Part shown: in pieces, positions 13,433-24,955 of the stretch
How the letters are laid out: each line of letters opens with the position of its first letter
Position numbering within the stretch: the stretch's first letter is position 1
Origin: Podospora anserina
Lineage: Eukaryota
DNA length: 64,000 nucleotides
Reading direction: 5' to 3'
Assembly (NCBI GenBank): GCA_017654855.1
Contig: CM030335.1
Span: 124,001-188,000 of the forward strand
Program-made: the position numbers and the translations under genes
Notes under the pieces: model-generated
Seen by the model: only the letters and a program-made list of their open reading frames with translations
Told to the model about the DNA's origin: nothing
Database searches by the model: none

Positions 13433-14250
13433 CTAAAGTATCGCGGCGAACCCAAGGGCCAGACCCAAGAAACCTCCAACAATGCCATTCTTTCCGGCAC
13501 CCGCTTGAACTGGTGTGCTGCTAGAGCTTGTGGGAAGAACCAGGCTGATAGTGCCATTGCCAGTCACCGAGACAGTGAGGCTCGCGGTAGGGGTCGGTTC
13601 AGGCTCAACGGAGATGGTCTCAGTTGCACTAGTAACAGTTGTAACCGTCCGAGAAGGAGTTGGCACGATCACGGTCCTAGTATATTCATTGTACAAGGAT
13701 GTGGCTGCGGCAGCGTTCGTTGCAGTCAAAGAGATGTCGGTAGACGTTGTGACGAGAGTAGAATAAAGGATCGTTGTAGTTGCATCGACGTGATAGGAGT
13801 AATAATAGTAGTAGTAATAGTATGTGAAGGTGTACCACGTATAGTCAATGACGTTAATCGTAGAGGCCGGGACCGTGGTGATGAGCGTGGTGATGGTAGG
13901 GGCTGGGTCGTTGATGGTGGCGGTAGCCAGGGGGGTTTGGCCGTCGGGACAATTACGGGGAGGCATCACGTACGTCACGCCGTCGGAGCAGCAGATGGCT
14001 CCCGGTGGAACGCACTGAAAGGGACCTGGACATCGAAGCCAACGAAGTCAGCAGTCAGTCGTGTCGAAGAAAAGTTCTAGGGGTGTCACTCACCGGGGCA
14101 CGCAGGAATCCACCCTGGAGTCCGGCAACGCTGACGTTCTTCGAGACGAGCATCTGGCTTGCCAATCGAGCCATCACTAGATGCCGCGGCGGAGCCAAAG
14201 AAAGAGTATAGTGCCAGTGGCAAGCAAAAGACTGCCTTTGAGCTGACCAT
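13433..14250 (-). CDS. Secreted, probably GPI-anchored Cys-rich/Thr-rich cell-surface protein with a poly-Tyr tract
   Basis: Exon 1 MVSSKAVFCLPLALYSFFGSAAA (signal peptide)...CRTPGWIPACP; intron about 14092-14026 (GTGAG...GCTGAC...CAG); exon 2 GPFQCVPPGAICCSDG...CPDG, then a Thr-rich stalk and hydrophobic C-terminus AGAGKNGIVGGFLGLALGFAAIL*. Confidence 0.8.
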
Positions 14251-15479
14251 GATGGGCTACTGAAGCGAGGATGTCGAACGAGTGACTTTTTGAGCAAGAA
14301 AACCCAAACACAACGGGGCAAGAGGATGATCTATCGAAGACAATCCAACAGACGAGCACTTAGCTCAGTTATTAGATTTATACTCATACTTGCATTCAAG
14401 GCCCTGCTCTGCATACCAACACCTCACGGTCAAAATCAGGAACAAGCCCTCTGATCCGAAGCCGCGGAGCGATGTCTGATTCGATTTGCTGGTATTAGCA
14501 TGCAGCCCTCTCTAACATTATGAGCGTGGCTGGTCCATGCATTCTTTCGGGATTGGACACCTGTATCTGCAAGATTCAGGGAATCCCAGGCAGTCGGGGC
14601 TGAAGTTGTCCCGCTTACGACACGATCCTTTATCCAAGACACGCAAAAGCCAGAGCCTTGCGGTTGAGCAACCACACCAATGTGGCCTTGTTTAAATTAA
14701 GGATGTGGCGGCGGTGCCCAGCCCGTTTCTGTGTGTAACCACTTGAATAGAATTAGAAGAGATAGTGATTTGTTCAGCATGAGGTACAAGTGTAGACTCG
14801 ACGACTGTAGCAGGTAGCTGCAATATCCGTGTCGAGGTTGAGGGTTCAGATTTCTGATTTCTCCATTTGCCCCCACATAATCCACACAGTCCACTATTTC
14901 TCTCCAATCAGAAGCCTCCTTTGCAGGTCTGCTTTGTCACTTAGTTCGAAGCTTGAGATATAAGCTGCTTGCTCTCAACCTCAACCCTTCTTGATATCTA
15001 CTTCATACACTAGTCCTCAATCTGCCTTCCACTCTTCTGGCCGTTATTATCATTTCCTTCTGATTCCCATCGCCCGTATTCTATCCAATAGCGAAAAATA
15101 CCGCAATCTAGCTTATGCAGCGCCGCACGTCTGGCGCATTTTACGGCCACAACAATGTTGTCGCCGCATGATGAACTCCCCCTCCACCCCCCAGGCTCTC
15201 TAGCTTTGAATCTAAACAAGAGAAAGAACATCGACAATCCCAACAGACTAAGTGCCATCGTAATGATGTAGATCAAGAAGTAGTATGTTGCTTGTCTAGT
15301 ACGCTAAGCTAGGCCGTTAACAACAGGTAGAAGTTTGTCATAAAGCCAGCAAAGTGCCTCGAGTTTCTGGAGGGAGAGACAGGCTTATAACTCGGCATAT
15401 ACCACAGCTCGTCTTCATTCCCTTAAGACTCAACAGTTCCCATCAATGTTCAGCCGAAGTTCAGAGTTAGCCAAGTGTG

Positions 15480-16200
15480 CAGATGTCGCCCTCCACCCAG
15501 TTTCAACCGCTTCACTGGCCTTCCTCTCAAACTACGTGCACAAACCCTTGGGTTTCTTCCAGACTTTCCCACGATGGAATTCTGACACAACTCTCACGCA
15601 GAGATATATCACAGGTGTTCATTCATATGGTTGTATCCGCACGAGGCTCTTGCTTGATACGCCAACACACCCTGGCGCCCGCAGGTGCGATTGATAGATG
15701 TCCACTCTAGACCTCTCCGAAACGGGACCTACGTCTCCTTCTGGGAGCCTTGGCTTTGCCCCGAGGCCGCATCGAGGTCATCTTCTTGCGATGGTGATCT
15801 TAGTTGCTTATCCCAATGGCTGAGGTGCGAGAAGTGACTGAAATTACATCACAGGAAAATAACAACCTCCTCGGTTTCCAGTCGAGCTATCCAATCGAAG
15901 GCTGAAGATCAGCTCCGTGCGACACAGCAGCATGGTTTGCCTAATGGTACAGTCGCATCCTGACACATATCATCTTTGATTTCCGGTCTCCTTGAGTGGT
16001 ACAGAGTCGCTCGAGGCCTGCTGCACTACGCCTGCATCGTGGATGGAGCCTGTAAACCAGCCGCTAAAATTTTAGATCTACTCCTCGCACTCAACACGTG
16101 GCTCTTCTCCAACGACGCGAGCAATCTCAGCAGCCCGTAGACGTATTCCGAACAGTGAGGTGTGACCCTGTACTATCCTTCACTGCCGTCATAATTATGT
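15480..16200 (+). pseudogene. Possible degenerate F-box/2EXR-like gene remnant
   Basis: One frame near 15500 reads SFNRFTGLPLKLRAQTLGFLPDF, resembling the FxRFxxLPxELRxxIW motif. Protein-like but stop-interrupted sequence follows. Boundaries are approximate. Confidence 0.3.
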
Positions 16201-16764
16201 TGGTCTAGAGAGCAAAAACAAGAATCAAGCATACCAATATTTGGTAAATCTTCAACAGTGGCCTGGTCTGTCCAAGTACTACTTCCAGATGTCACACGCT
16301 GTTAAGATATACAGCAATAAATGTCTATTGGCTACACATAGGACGTGTCGCACACTTCGCTGGCCATCAGGCCCGACAGCCTTGGCAGAGGCAATGGCTT
16401 ATGAGTATCTAGAAATCACAGGAACAAAGGCGGAAAGCATCGAATGGTTCGGTAAAGACAGTGTTTTGATTGCATGTTACATTATTCTCGGTCTTTGAGG
16501 AGAACATAGCACTGCTGGAATTGTTAAGGGGCCGATGGCACACTCAAGTGGGCAAGCTGCCTGTTGTGTTATTTTGAGTTTGTCCTGTAGGCTGATGTGC
16601 CGGTTCGAGAGGTCTTGCAAAGTTTGCCGTTGGTGTGGTGAGAAAGAAATGGAAAGAAATCGACGGGAAGGAGGGATTGCTGGTGCAGAGATTGCAGCTA
16701 GTCCTCGGCATTGGCTAGTAGGACTCATGGGATGGCCCACCGTGTCTGAGTCCATGCCAATAGA

Positions 16765-17654
16765 CTAAGCGACTTCAACTAGTTGAAGGGCATGGGAGAT
16801 GATGACGTGTGGCTCGGTCCTTTTGTGAAGAACCTCGCCGTTGATGGTGAGAGCAGAGTCCATGGGCGTCTCACCAGAGAAAGGATCAGGAGCATGGCCC
16901 AGATGGGTACCGTTGCGAGTTGTGCTGCACGTGACGTTGTAGTGACTACCGCTTCGAGTGGTCGTGCATTTGAGTTTGATGATACCGGGGACAGAGCCGC
17001 CAGCCTATTGCGCGTAGTCAACGGTTGCGACCCAGTCCGTAGATGTAGACGCCACGGTATCCTGGGCCGGCAGCCAACTAGCGTCGGAACCAAGGCTGTG
17101 GACAGGATGTGGCCCATCTCGAACTCGGTTAAGACCTTGTCTTGCGGGCAGATGGACAAGGCAGTGAGGACAAAAACATCCTGAACCCCATACTTGAGTA
17201 CAGAAGAGACGAATTTGGCGACGAAAGTCCTCGTGGGCGGACAGGTCTGCGCCTGGCTCGTGGTGAACTCATAGGCGATCATGCTTTCACCGGGGATAGC
17301 CTTGAAGTAGAGGTCACGTACGTTGGGGCACTTCTGCGGAACCCGGGGGCTGCATAGAACGAAGTCTTTACGGGCCTTGCTTTTGATCGTTTCGTAGGTC
17401 ATGATTCGTCCCTCCCGGATATCGAAGTGCTTGTGGACAAGATGGAGAGAAAAGGTTCCCGCCAGTCCATGGGCGGCAATGATTCCAAGAAGGACAGCAT
17501 GTGCCTTGGCATGGCTGGCTGCAGCTTCCATCATGTCGTCAATATGAGAAAGCTGATTGTACTCGGCCGAAGGGAGAGGTGTCTCCTGAAGACGAACATT
17601 ATTCAGGGAGTTGACAGGAGTGGGTATGTTGAACGGCGGATTGGGAAGACACAA
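16765..17654 (-). pseudogene. LHxHF-motif hypothetical protein with C-terminal C-x2-TR-x-G-x-H repeats, disrupted
   Basis: FSLHLVHKHFDIREG...MIAYEFTT; local frameshifts near 17260/17225 and 17087. The shifted frame reads DASWLP...TSTDWVATVDYAQ*AGGSVPGIIKLKCTTTRSGSHYNVTCSTTRNGTHLGH...LTINGEVL...ALQLVEVA* (stop at 16765). The start is uncertain. Confidence 0.6.
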
Positions 17655-18312
17655 AGAGTGCGGTTTCTGTCTTGATGAGGAAGGTCTCGAATCGAGTTGA
17701 CGACAACTGGGCCCTTGAGCTGGGCAATTGGAGGGTAAGTCGAGGAATGGCTATTAGTGTTAAGCCTGTGTCCGAGGTACGGACCCTGGATCTTAAATAT
17801 TCGAGGCGTCCCTGCGTAATTGTCCTTGCGGTGCTTCTTCAAGACGCTTGCCGCCCGACGGTCACTATTGCGGCCGTCGCCGAGTCAGCATGGCCTCGGA
17901 AATACCAGTGATTGCAACTCTCATTCGTCGTTGGAGAGGCTGTTGGTTCTCGAACACTTCCTCCCATGCACACTATTGGTCTCAGCGGTGCTCTGGTCCA
18001 TTGGTTCTGCGAGTCTTCAATATGGTTTAACCAAGGCTTTTGCCCAAAACGACATTTGTGACGGGTGTGCCTCCGGAAAGATGTATGATTTTGCTGCTGA
18101 AGGGTTTATATCAAGGCGAGATGTGCGGTTATCTGCGTGTCCCACTACTGAGTTCGCTAACCAACCCAAATTGCGACCAGAAACAATAAATAGTGCTCAC
18201 CGCCATTCTCCACCCGCAACTCTCATAATCCAAATCAACCGCCCCAATGACACAGTTCAAAGATCAGTCCTCGGTTTCTCATTTGCGCCCTCTCATCCTG
18301 TAATTCTTGACA

Positions 18313-19310
18313 ATGCCGCTGATTTCTTCTGACAAAGACCTCCCTAAATTGCTCGACACACCAACAAAGCAAGTCGAATGGGCAAAGAAACTGGTCGCTG
18401 AGCATCTAGGCAGCGCTGCAAAGCATATTGACAAACCCCCCATGCAGGGAATGTTCAGTAGGACCCTGTTCTTGACCTTGGCGGATGACCGTGAGGTAGT
18501 GCTACAGTTTCGCACTGAGTCACTCGAGCTGGACGCTTTCAAGATTGCGAGGAATGCTTTAGGCTCCATCGTGCCCGATATCAGAGCTTTGGAGGACAAG
18601 GCGCTTCTAAAGGAATATGTTTGGGCTTATTCCCTAACCCGTCTGTATGGCAAGATGTGGACCCACGGGGTTATCGGCAAGGGCGCCGAGGGCCGAATTG
18701 CTATCAACAGATCCCTCAGTCGCGTTCTTTCAAGGGCTACCTCACCAAGAGCAGCAGCGAGGCCGTCGATGGCAAGATCCGACCCCATCTGGAGGCCATC
18801 TTGGCATCGCCGTTACAGGAAATCCTCCCGTACCGGCATGACTTTCAAGGTTTCCTTGATAAGCTGGAACAGCTGAAAGAGCTCCCGCTTTGGGTCGCCC
18901 ACTACGACCTTAACGACCTGAGCATTCTGATCGACGAGGATTGCCACGTTACCGGCTTGATCGACTGGGAGCTGTCCTCCCCACGGCCATTTGGAGTTGG
19001 CTTCGGTCGCATTCACACCTTCGCGGGTGAAAACACCGGCGGGGAGTTTTGGATGCCTGATGAATTTGAGGTTGCGGAACGGGCCTTTTGGAACGAGTTG
19101 TTTGATGGGATGCCAGCAGATATTCGCGACATATTGAAGAAACAGATGGTCCTGGTCCAGGATGCAGTCATCCTGGGGACTTTCTTGAATTGCTTCTTCT
19201 TCGAGGACGGGAAGGTCGGCTTTAGCCAGGTTGCTCTAAAGGCTCTCCCCAAGTTTCTTACCTATCGAATCCCTTTTGTCAGAGGGAGTGAGGGCCTCTA
19301 CAGAGATTAG
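18313..19310 (+). pseudogene. APH/choline-kinase-like phosphotransferase, frameshifted
   Basis: N-lobe QGMFSRTLFLTL...VVLQFR in ORF 18307-18876. C-lobe HYDLNDLSILIDEDCHVTGLIDWE in the overlapping ORF 18621-19310. A single frameshift near 18730 (RVL/SKGYL) with no intron signals. Confidence 0.75.
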
Positions 19311-19624
19311 AGCTGCTTAGCTAGTGTACCCATATCTTGTTCATTACGGAGGACGAGGCACTGAGGTGAATGGTAAACGCGAAAGAAACGGCTCTGGGGT
19401 GGACAATCTTAAGGGGATAAGCATGAGGCTCTACTTTGCAGCTATCGCCCGAAGCCACACAGATCGCGATCGGCCAATCGAGCAGAGATGGAATGGGTGT
19501 GAGGTTAATCTGCCTGCTTGCTCCGTAACCGGCATGAGTTCCACCCGGAACTAGATGCCATCGGTCCTGCATGCGCCTGAAGGCCGCGTGCTTTTTCTGT
19601 ATAAGAGATAGCTCTTAGGCCTCC

Positions 19625-19890
19625 GAAAACATGCAGCAGTGATCGTCCCAACCTACGGAGTTATCGTCCACGGCATCCCCAGTAGCTCCATCAACATGAA
19701 AGACCAGAAAGCCACGATCCAGCAGATGCTTTGCAGACAATCACACAGTGATCCCACGAGCGGAGATCTCGCACATATAATGGCTCACTAAGGAGGCCGT
19801 GCACAAACGTGCATCTTCGCTGGTCGTAGAGTTTACAGGACCAGAGATGGCCAACGCTATCATCTACGCGGGGATGGTGTGGGAAAAGAC
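19625..19890 (+). mobile_element. Fragment of a Tad1-like non-LTR retrotransposon (LINE) ORF1/gag
   Basis: Reads AAVIVPTYGVIVHGIPSSSINMKDQKATIQQML/ADNHTVIPRAEISHI*WLTKEAVHKRASSLVVEFTGPEMANAIIYAGMVWE, matching the PTYGVxVHGI...WL...SSLVVEF...AN..I..G..W pattern of fungal LINE gag proteins. It has a frameshift and a stop. Confidence 0.7.
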
Positions 19891-22478
19891 AGCGATTGCA
19901 CCCCGTAGATATCCCGCTGCCGAGACCGCCGTATCGGGCCGCGCCCCTGCTTGGGCGGCTGCTCCGGGTTTTCTTAAGCGGACGTCATCACTAAGCTTAG
20001 GTGCACTTGTAGCGTCATTCACACGAAACCGCGTGCTTCCAGAGACCCATGTTGATCGGGCCGCGCAGAGTCCAGCTAATAGGCATGACCGAGAATAAGC
20101 GGTTGTGGTGGCCGTCAGGAGGAGCTGTATAAAGCTAGCGAAACTGGCAATCTGGTTTGAACCCTTAAAGAACCCTTGACCCGAGAAGAAATGCACGTTG
20201 ATAAGACTGGCCCGTCAGCCCGGACCTGGCCTTTGCCGTACAGCTAGCAACCTGATATATAGGAATCCGGATTCTGACGGGCTCCTCCATAGAAATCGTT
20301 CACGTGAGAAGACCGGTATCCCATCAGCAATCTAAGCGAGCCTTCCTGGATACGACTCGTAGCGCACCTACCTAGTCCGTTAATAAATTTTCGATGGCTC
20401 CTGTTTCAGTGAAATCCTCGTAGAATTGCTCCTCCGAAGCAATGGCGTCTTGAAGATGGGACCCCTTGAGCACAGTCCCTTCATGCTCAGCCATTCCAGG
20501 GTTGACTGCGAGAGCCGGGAGCTTGGGTTGAGCTGGGAAAATCGGGGCAAGATGCAGGTGTCTTTACCGTAGCGCGAGATACCCGACAGCCAATCGTTAG
20601 CTGCCCCCACGCCCTGATGATACCTAAAGAAGTGGATTTTCGTAGCAACGGATTCGTTCGAGCTGATTAAGGTCCAAAGCCTCAATTGGTTGATAGGACT
20701 GACCAGTCTGAGCAAGGCAAAACTCCATTCTGGATCTGGTGTGAGCAACACGGTGCGATACAGTGCGACGTAGCGCAACACATCCTAATACACTATTAGC
20801 CCAGCCACGGCACCTCTTTTCAAGGCCTTACAGCAGAGCGCGCGTTTCCCAGGTACAAGCGCAGGGACCCTAGCTCCACTAACGCTGCAGCCATAAAAAG
20901 TTGCGCCGTTATAGCAACACGATTTTGCAAGACTGTGTTAAAGAATAAGAAATTTGATCTAATGGAAACACCTAGAACGCAAGAAATAAAGCAGAGGGAC
21001 CGGCCTATATATGTTTTCCCCTCTTGGGTTCTTGCGTCCTGTTCTCTGGCTGCTGGCCACTTGAGTTCCGGGTCCCAGGCTCCTCATCAGCATTGCTTGG
21101 AGCTGCGCCGCCCACTGCGACGTGAACGCTGAATGCACTGTGTGGTGTATAGTGGATTCGAGAATTACATCTGTCCCGCCAAAAATGGTGGGTCTGGGCT
21201 TCCATTTTCGGAACCCCCAACATCGACACGGGTATTAAGAGTGTAATAGCATCAATCTCGGGTCGTGTCGTATATGTAGGTCAGTGTTTGGGGCACATGG
21301 TGCCAACAAGATGTGAAAGCTTTGAGCTGGGCTTTGATGTCAGTTGCTGGTTGGTAGCGGTGGGATCGTCTTTTTCCCTGACAATGATATGATCGAGGCA
21401 TACTAGTAAGAATTCCAGACGATAGCTGAATACCTACCTAGGTAGGTAAGTACCAGTTTAGTCCATCCATACCTGGTAGTTTTAACAACCACGGTTCCAA
21501 ACTCGATAACTCGTCGAGTACGCGGTCGTGGCAAAGACAGCATGATTCAAAGGTTTGGGAACAGAATGAAACCTCGAATTGGGCGACAAGAAGCCTGGAG
21601 GTGCCAACGAATGTAGGTATATTGTGGAAATAGGCCGAAATTTCTGTCCTCTTTGAGGTGGTAGGTATATTTCGCCATGCTGAAGGTGATAGGCGCGTCT
21701 ATGACATAACCAAACTTGGAAGCTTCTGTTCGACGGGCCGGAGATGGCGCGCGGTAGGTTCAGCCACGGGTCACGTCCAGTACAATATCGAAAAGTAGGT
21801 TGATAGCATGGCTGGAGGGAACAGTTCAAGCACCCGCCTCGACTGCACCCCTCCGCAATTCTTGCGCGAGGAGTCGCTCCGCAGCAAATGCCGAAAGCTG
21901 GTCGCGATGTTGCAACGCTCGACTCGGTTCCCGACATGGAGATCTTGGCTTGCTTCGGCTCCGTCGCCAGGGAACCGACTTCACTCTCAATCCGCACGGG
22001 GAAGGAGCCGCTTTGAGTGTTCTACGGAAATCCAACGCCGATTCGCTCTCTTGGTGAAATTTTCACTGCGGAATTCCAGCAATCGGGAGCTCCCGCTTGG
22101 TGTTCTATGGCAGTTCGCCAATCGCCGCCATGATGCGCGCCTATCATAGATCTGAGTACCGAGTCCATCAGCACCCGATGCTACTCTACTGGCTACCCCT
22201 AGGCTAGGTAGCAGACCTCTCCTAAGGCAAGTGACCCGTGTGTCGAGATGAAGAGATTCCGAATCTTGGTCATAACCTGGTGCCGACCTACCTGTGCCAT
22301 AGGAAAACCGTGCATGATAACAAGATGACTGGTGAGTAGGTAGTCAACACCTTTTTTCAACGGCGCTGATACGATGGGTGGCGTGACAACTATAAGAGAG
22401 GCAAAGTTTCCTCACTCCTCGTAGTTGCCTATCATTCAGCTCCCCCATCAGCACGATCCTGGTCCTCTTTTTCCAGCT

Positions 22479-23452
22479 ATGAAGTTGAATCTTGGAAGCC
22501 TCGCCCTCTGGGTGCTCTCAGCGGCACCGGTCGCTGAGGCCCATTACCGCTTCAGCAAACTGCTCGTGAACGGCAAGCTCTCCGGCGACTGGGAGTACAT
22601 GCGAGAGAACAGCAACGGCATTATGCCCACGAAACAGTTTCTCGCACCCAGTGACGACTTCCGGTGCAATTCCGGCAGCTTTGCCAATGCTGGAAAGACC
22701 AAAGTGGCCAAGGTCATGCCTGGAGATACCATCGGCTTCCAGCTGTGGTACTACGCGACGATGCAGCACCCAGGGCCGTTGACGATCCACATGTCCAAAG
22801 CCCCCGGCGATGTGCGCAACTATCGCGGTGATGGGGACTGGTTCAAAGTTCATCAGATGATCATCTGCAAGGCCCCGAACCAATACCTGGTAGGTCGTTC
22901 TCGCCGGGCACGTCTCTGATATACATGATACTAACAACAGTGGCCCGCTGCTAGAACGATAAGGACTGGTGCACGTGGGACCTTGCCACCGTCCAGTTCA
23001 CCCTCCCCCGCGACACCCCCCCCGGTCAATATCTCGTCCGCGTCGAGCACATCGCCCTGCACGGTGCCCAAAGCGGTGACACAGAGTTCTACTTCACTTG
23101 CGCACAGATTGAAGTCGGCGGCAATGGCAACGGTAAACCGGGACCCATGGTGAAGATCCCTGGACTCTATGACTCGAATGATCCGGCATTGCGTTTCTTC
23201 ATTTATGGCGCGCGGTCGTATCCTTATACCAACGTTGGCAAGCATGCGGTTTGGACAGGTGGCAGCGGTGGTGGGAGCTCGCCGGCGCCTAACCCGGCCC
23301 CGTCGAATCCGCCAGTCACCAACCCATCTCCGGGTGGTGGCACGGCGCCTCTTTGGGGTCAATGTGGAGGGAATGGCTGGACGGGCCCGACACGGTGCGC
23401 GGAGGGAACTTGCAAGTTTAGCAACGATTGGTATTCGCAGTGTGTGCCCTGA
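22479..23452 (+). CDS. AA9 lytic polysaccharide monooxygenase with C-terminal CBM1
   Basis: Signal peptide ending AEA, then N-terminal His (HYRF); second brace His in [12 protein letters not shown]; intron 22890-22954; [23 protein letters not shown]; Pro/Gly linker; CBM1 [15 protein letters not shown]...C...NDWYSQCVP*. Confidence 0.95.
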
Positions 23453-23855
23453 AGGATTCAGTCATCCACAGTGTGACAAGGGGAGGAAACTGGCTGAGAT
23501 AACCAGGAGAAATGAGGCACAGCTCTCCGGGGAAAGGTTTCCCCCAATCTTTCCAGGTTGTTATTGGTCAATCGGGAGGTACCTTGGTCAATAACACGTG
23601 CTTACCTACCTTATATGTACACTTTCGTGTCTCTTCCAAAACCAACAATGCCTGCCAAACTCAGGTCCCGCTCGTGATGTAACATGAAGTGAGCTACTAT
23701 CCCGATTAAAATCTGCACTGTGTGTTTGGTTGGTTACAGATGGTTCGGGAAGAGGAGGCAATTTGTGTCTGTCTAGCAGCTAGGTACCTATACAACGTGC
23801 GGGTAGGTATCCGTGTAGTCGTCTTCCTCAGCGATATCTCCTCCATCCCGCCATC

Positions 23856-24937
23856 ATGGTCCATTACGACATCACCCCTTCCAAGCAGGCCAGCCTCCCC
23901 CGCTACCTTTACCACCAAGCCACCTTCAGACCAGCCCCAGTTCACAGCGTCAACCTCGCCGGCCAAACTGCCATCGTAACAGGAGCGAACTCGGGCGTCG
24001 GCTTCGAAGCCAGCCGGCAGTTTCTCGACCTTGGGCTGACCAGGCTGAAGCCAAAGGCGCCGCTGCTGTACAAAAGCTTGCTCTCAAGCCTGATGGAACC
24101 AAACGTGAATCTGGCGCCACTGTCGAAGTCTGGAAGCTCGACCTTTTCGAGTATGGCTCTGTTCTGTCGTTTGCAAAGCGAGCAAAAGAGACGCTGGAGA
24201 GACTCGACATCATTATGCCGAACGCCGCGATGGGGGTCCCGTCCAAGCGTGCTTTCCACCCAGAAACGAGACACGATGAGACACTTCAGGTGAACTACCT
24301 TTCCACTGCGCTGCTGGCTACCCTGTTGCTCCCAGTGGTCAAACAGACAAGAGCGTATCAACCCGCTCCGACCCGCATCAGCTTGGGCAAAGTTCCCACT
24401 TGGCAAAAAGATCCCCATTCTTGAGGCGGTTGACAAGCCGGAGGAGAACGCGGACTTGGCAGATGGGATGTTTACCTCGAAGCTTCTCGGTCAGTTCTTT
24501 CTGCGGGAGCTGGCAAACGAGTGCCCGTCAAGATTGCGGTCATCAATGGGGCGTCGCCTGGCATGGTGAGTGACTCCGAGTTTGACCGCGAGGTTAAGAA
24601 GACGACCACGGGGGCATAATGCAGAGGATCAAGATGTGGGTGGGAAATAGCTCGGCTGTGGCGGCGAGAATGGTCACGTATGCGGCAGCGGGGTGTGGGG
24701 AGGACACGCATGGGGAGTTTTTGTCCTTTCAGAAGGTGGTACCGTAAGTCTTTTCCAACGTTTCATAAATATCTTTTCGGGAAAAAAAAAGAAGGATATG
24801 GCTGACTGGTTGGCGATAGCATGGCTCCCATTATTTACACGGGCGAAGGGGAGGCCATATCTGCTGGGTTGTGGAAGGAGACAATGGAAGAGTTCAAGTT
24901 TGCGAACGTGGACAACATCGTTAACAGTTTGGGCTGA
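23856..24937 (+). pseudogene. Short-chain dehydrogenase/reductase (retinol dehydrogenase-like), disrupted
   Basis: TAIVTGANSGVGFEASRQF Rossmann motif, VEVWKLDL, LQVNYLSTALL, SKLLGQFFLRELA. Deletions/frameshifts near 24045, 24380 and 24520 and a later stop; residual intron about 24744-24819. Confidence 0.8.
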
Positions 24938-24955
24938 GATCTTGCCGTACCAAAG

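Noticed and set aside
14400-21450. Intact Starship element
   Set aside because: No DUF3435 tyrosine-recombinase captain or terminal repeats are recognisable.
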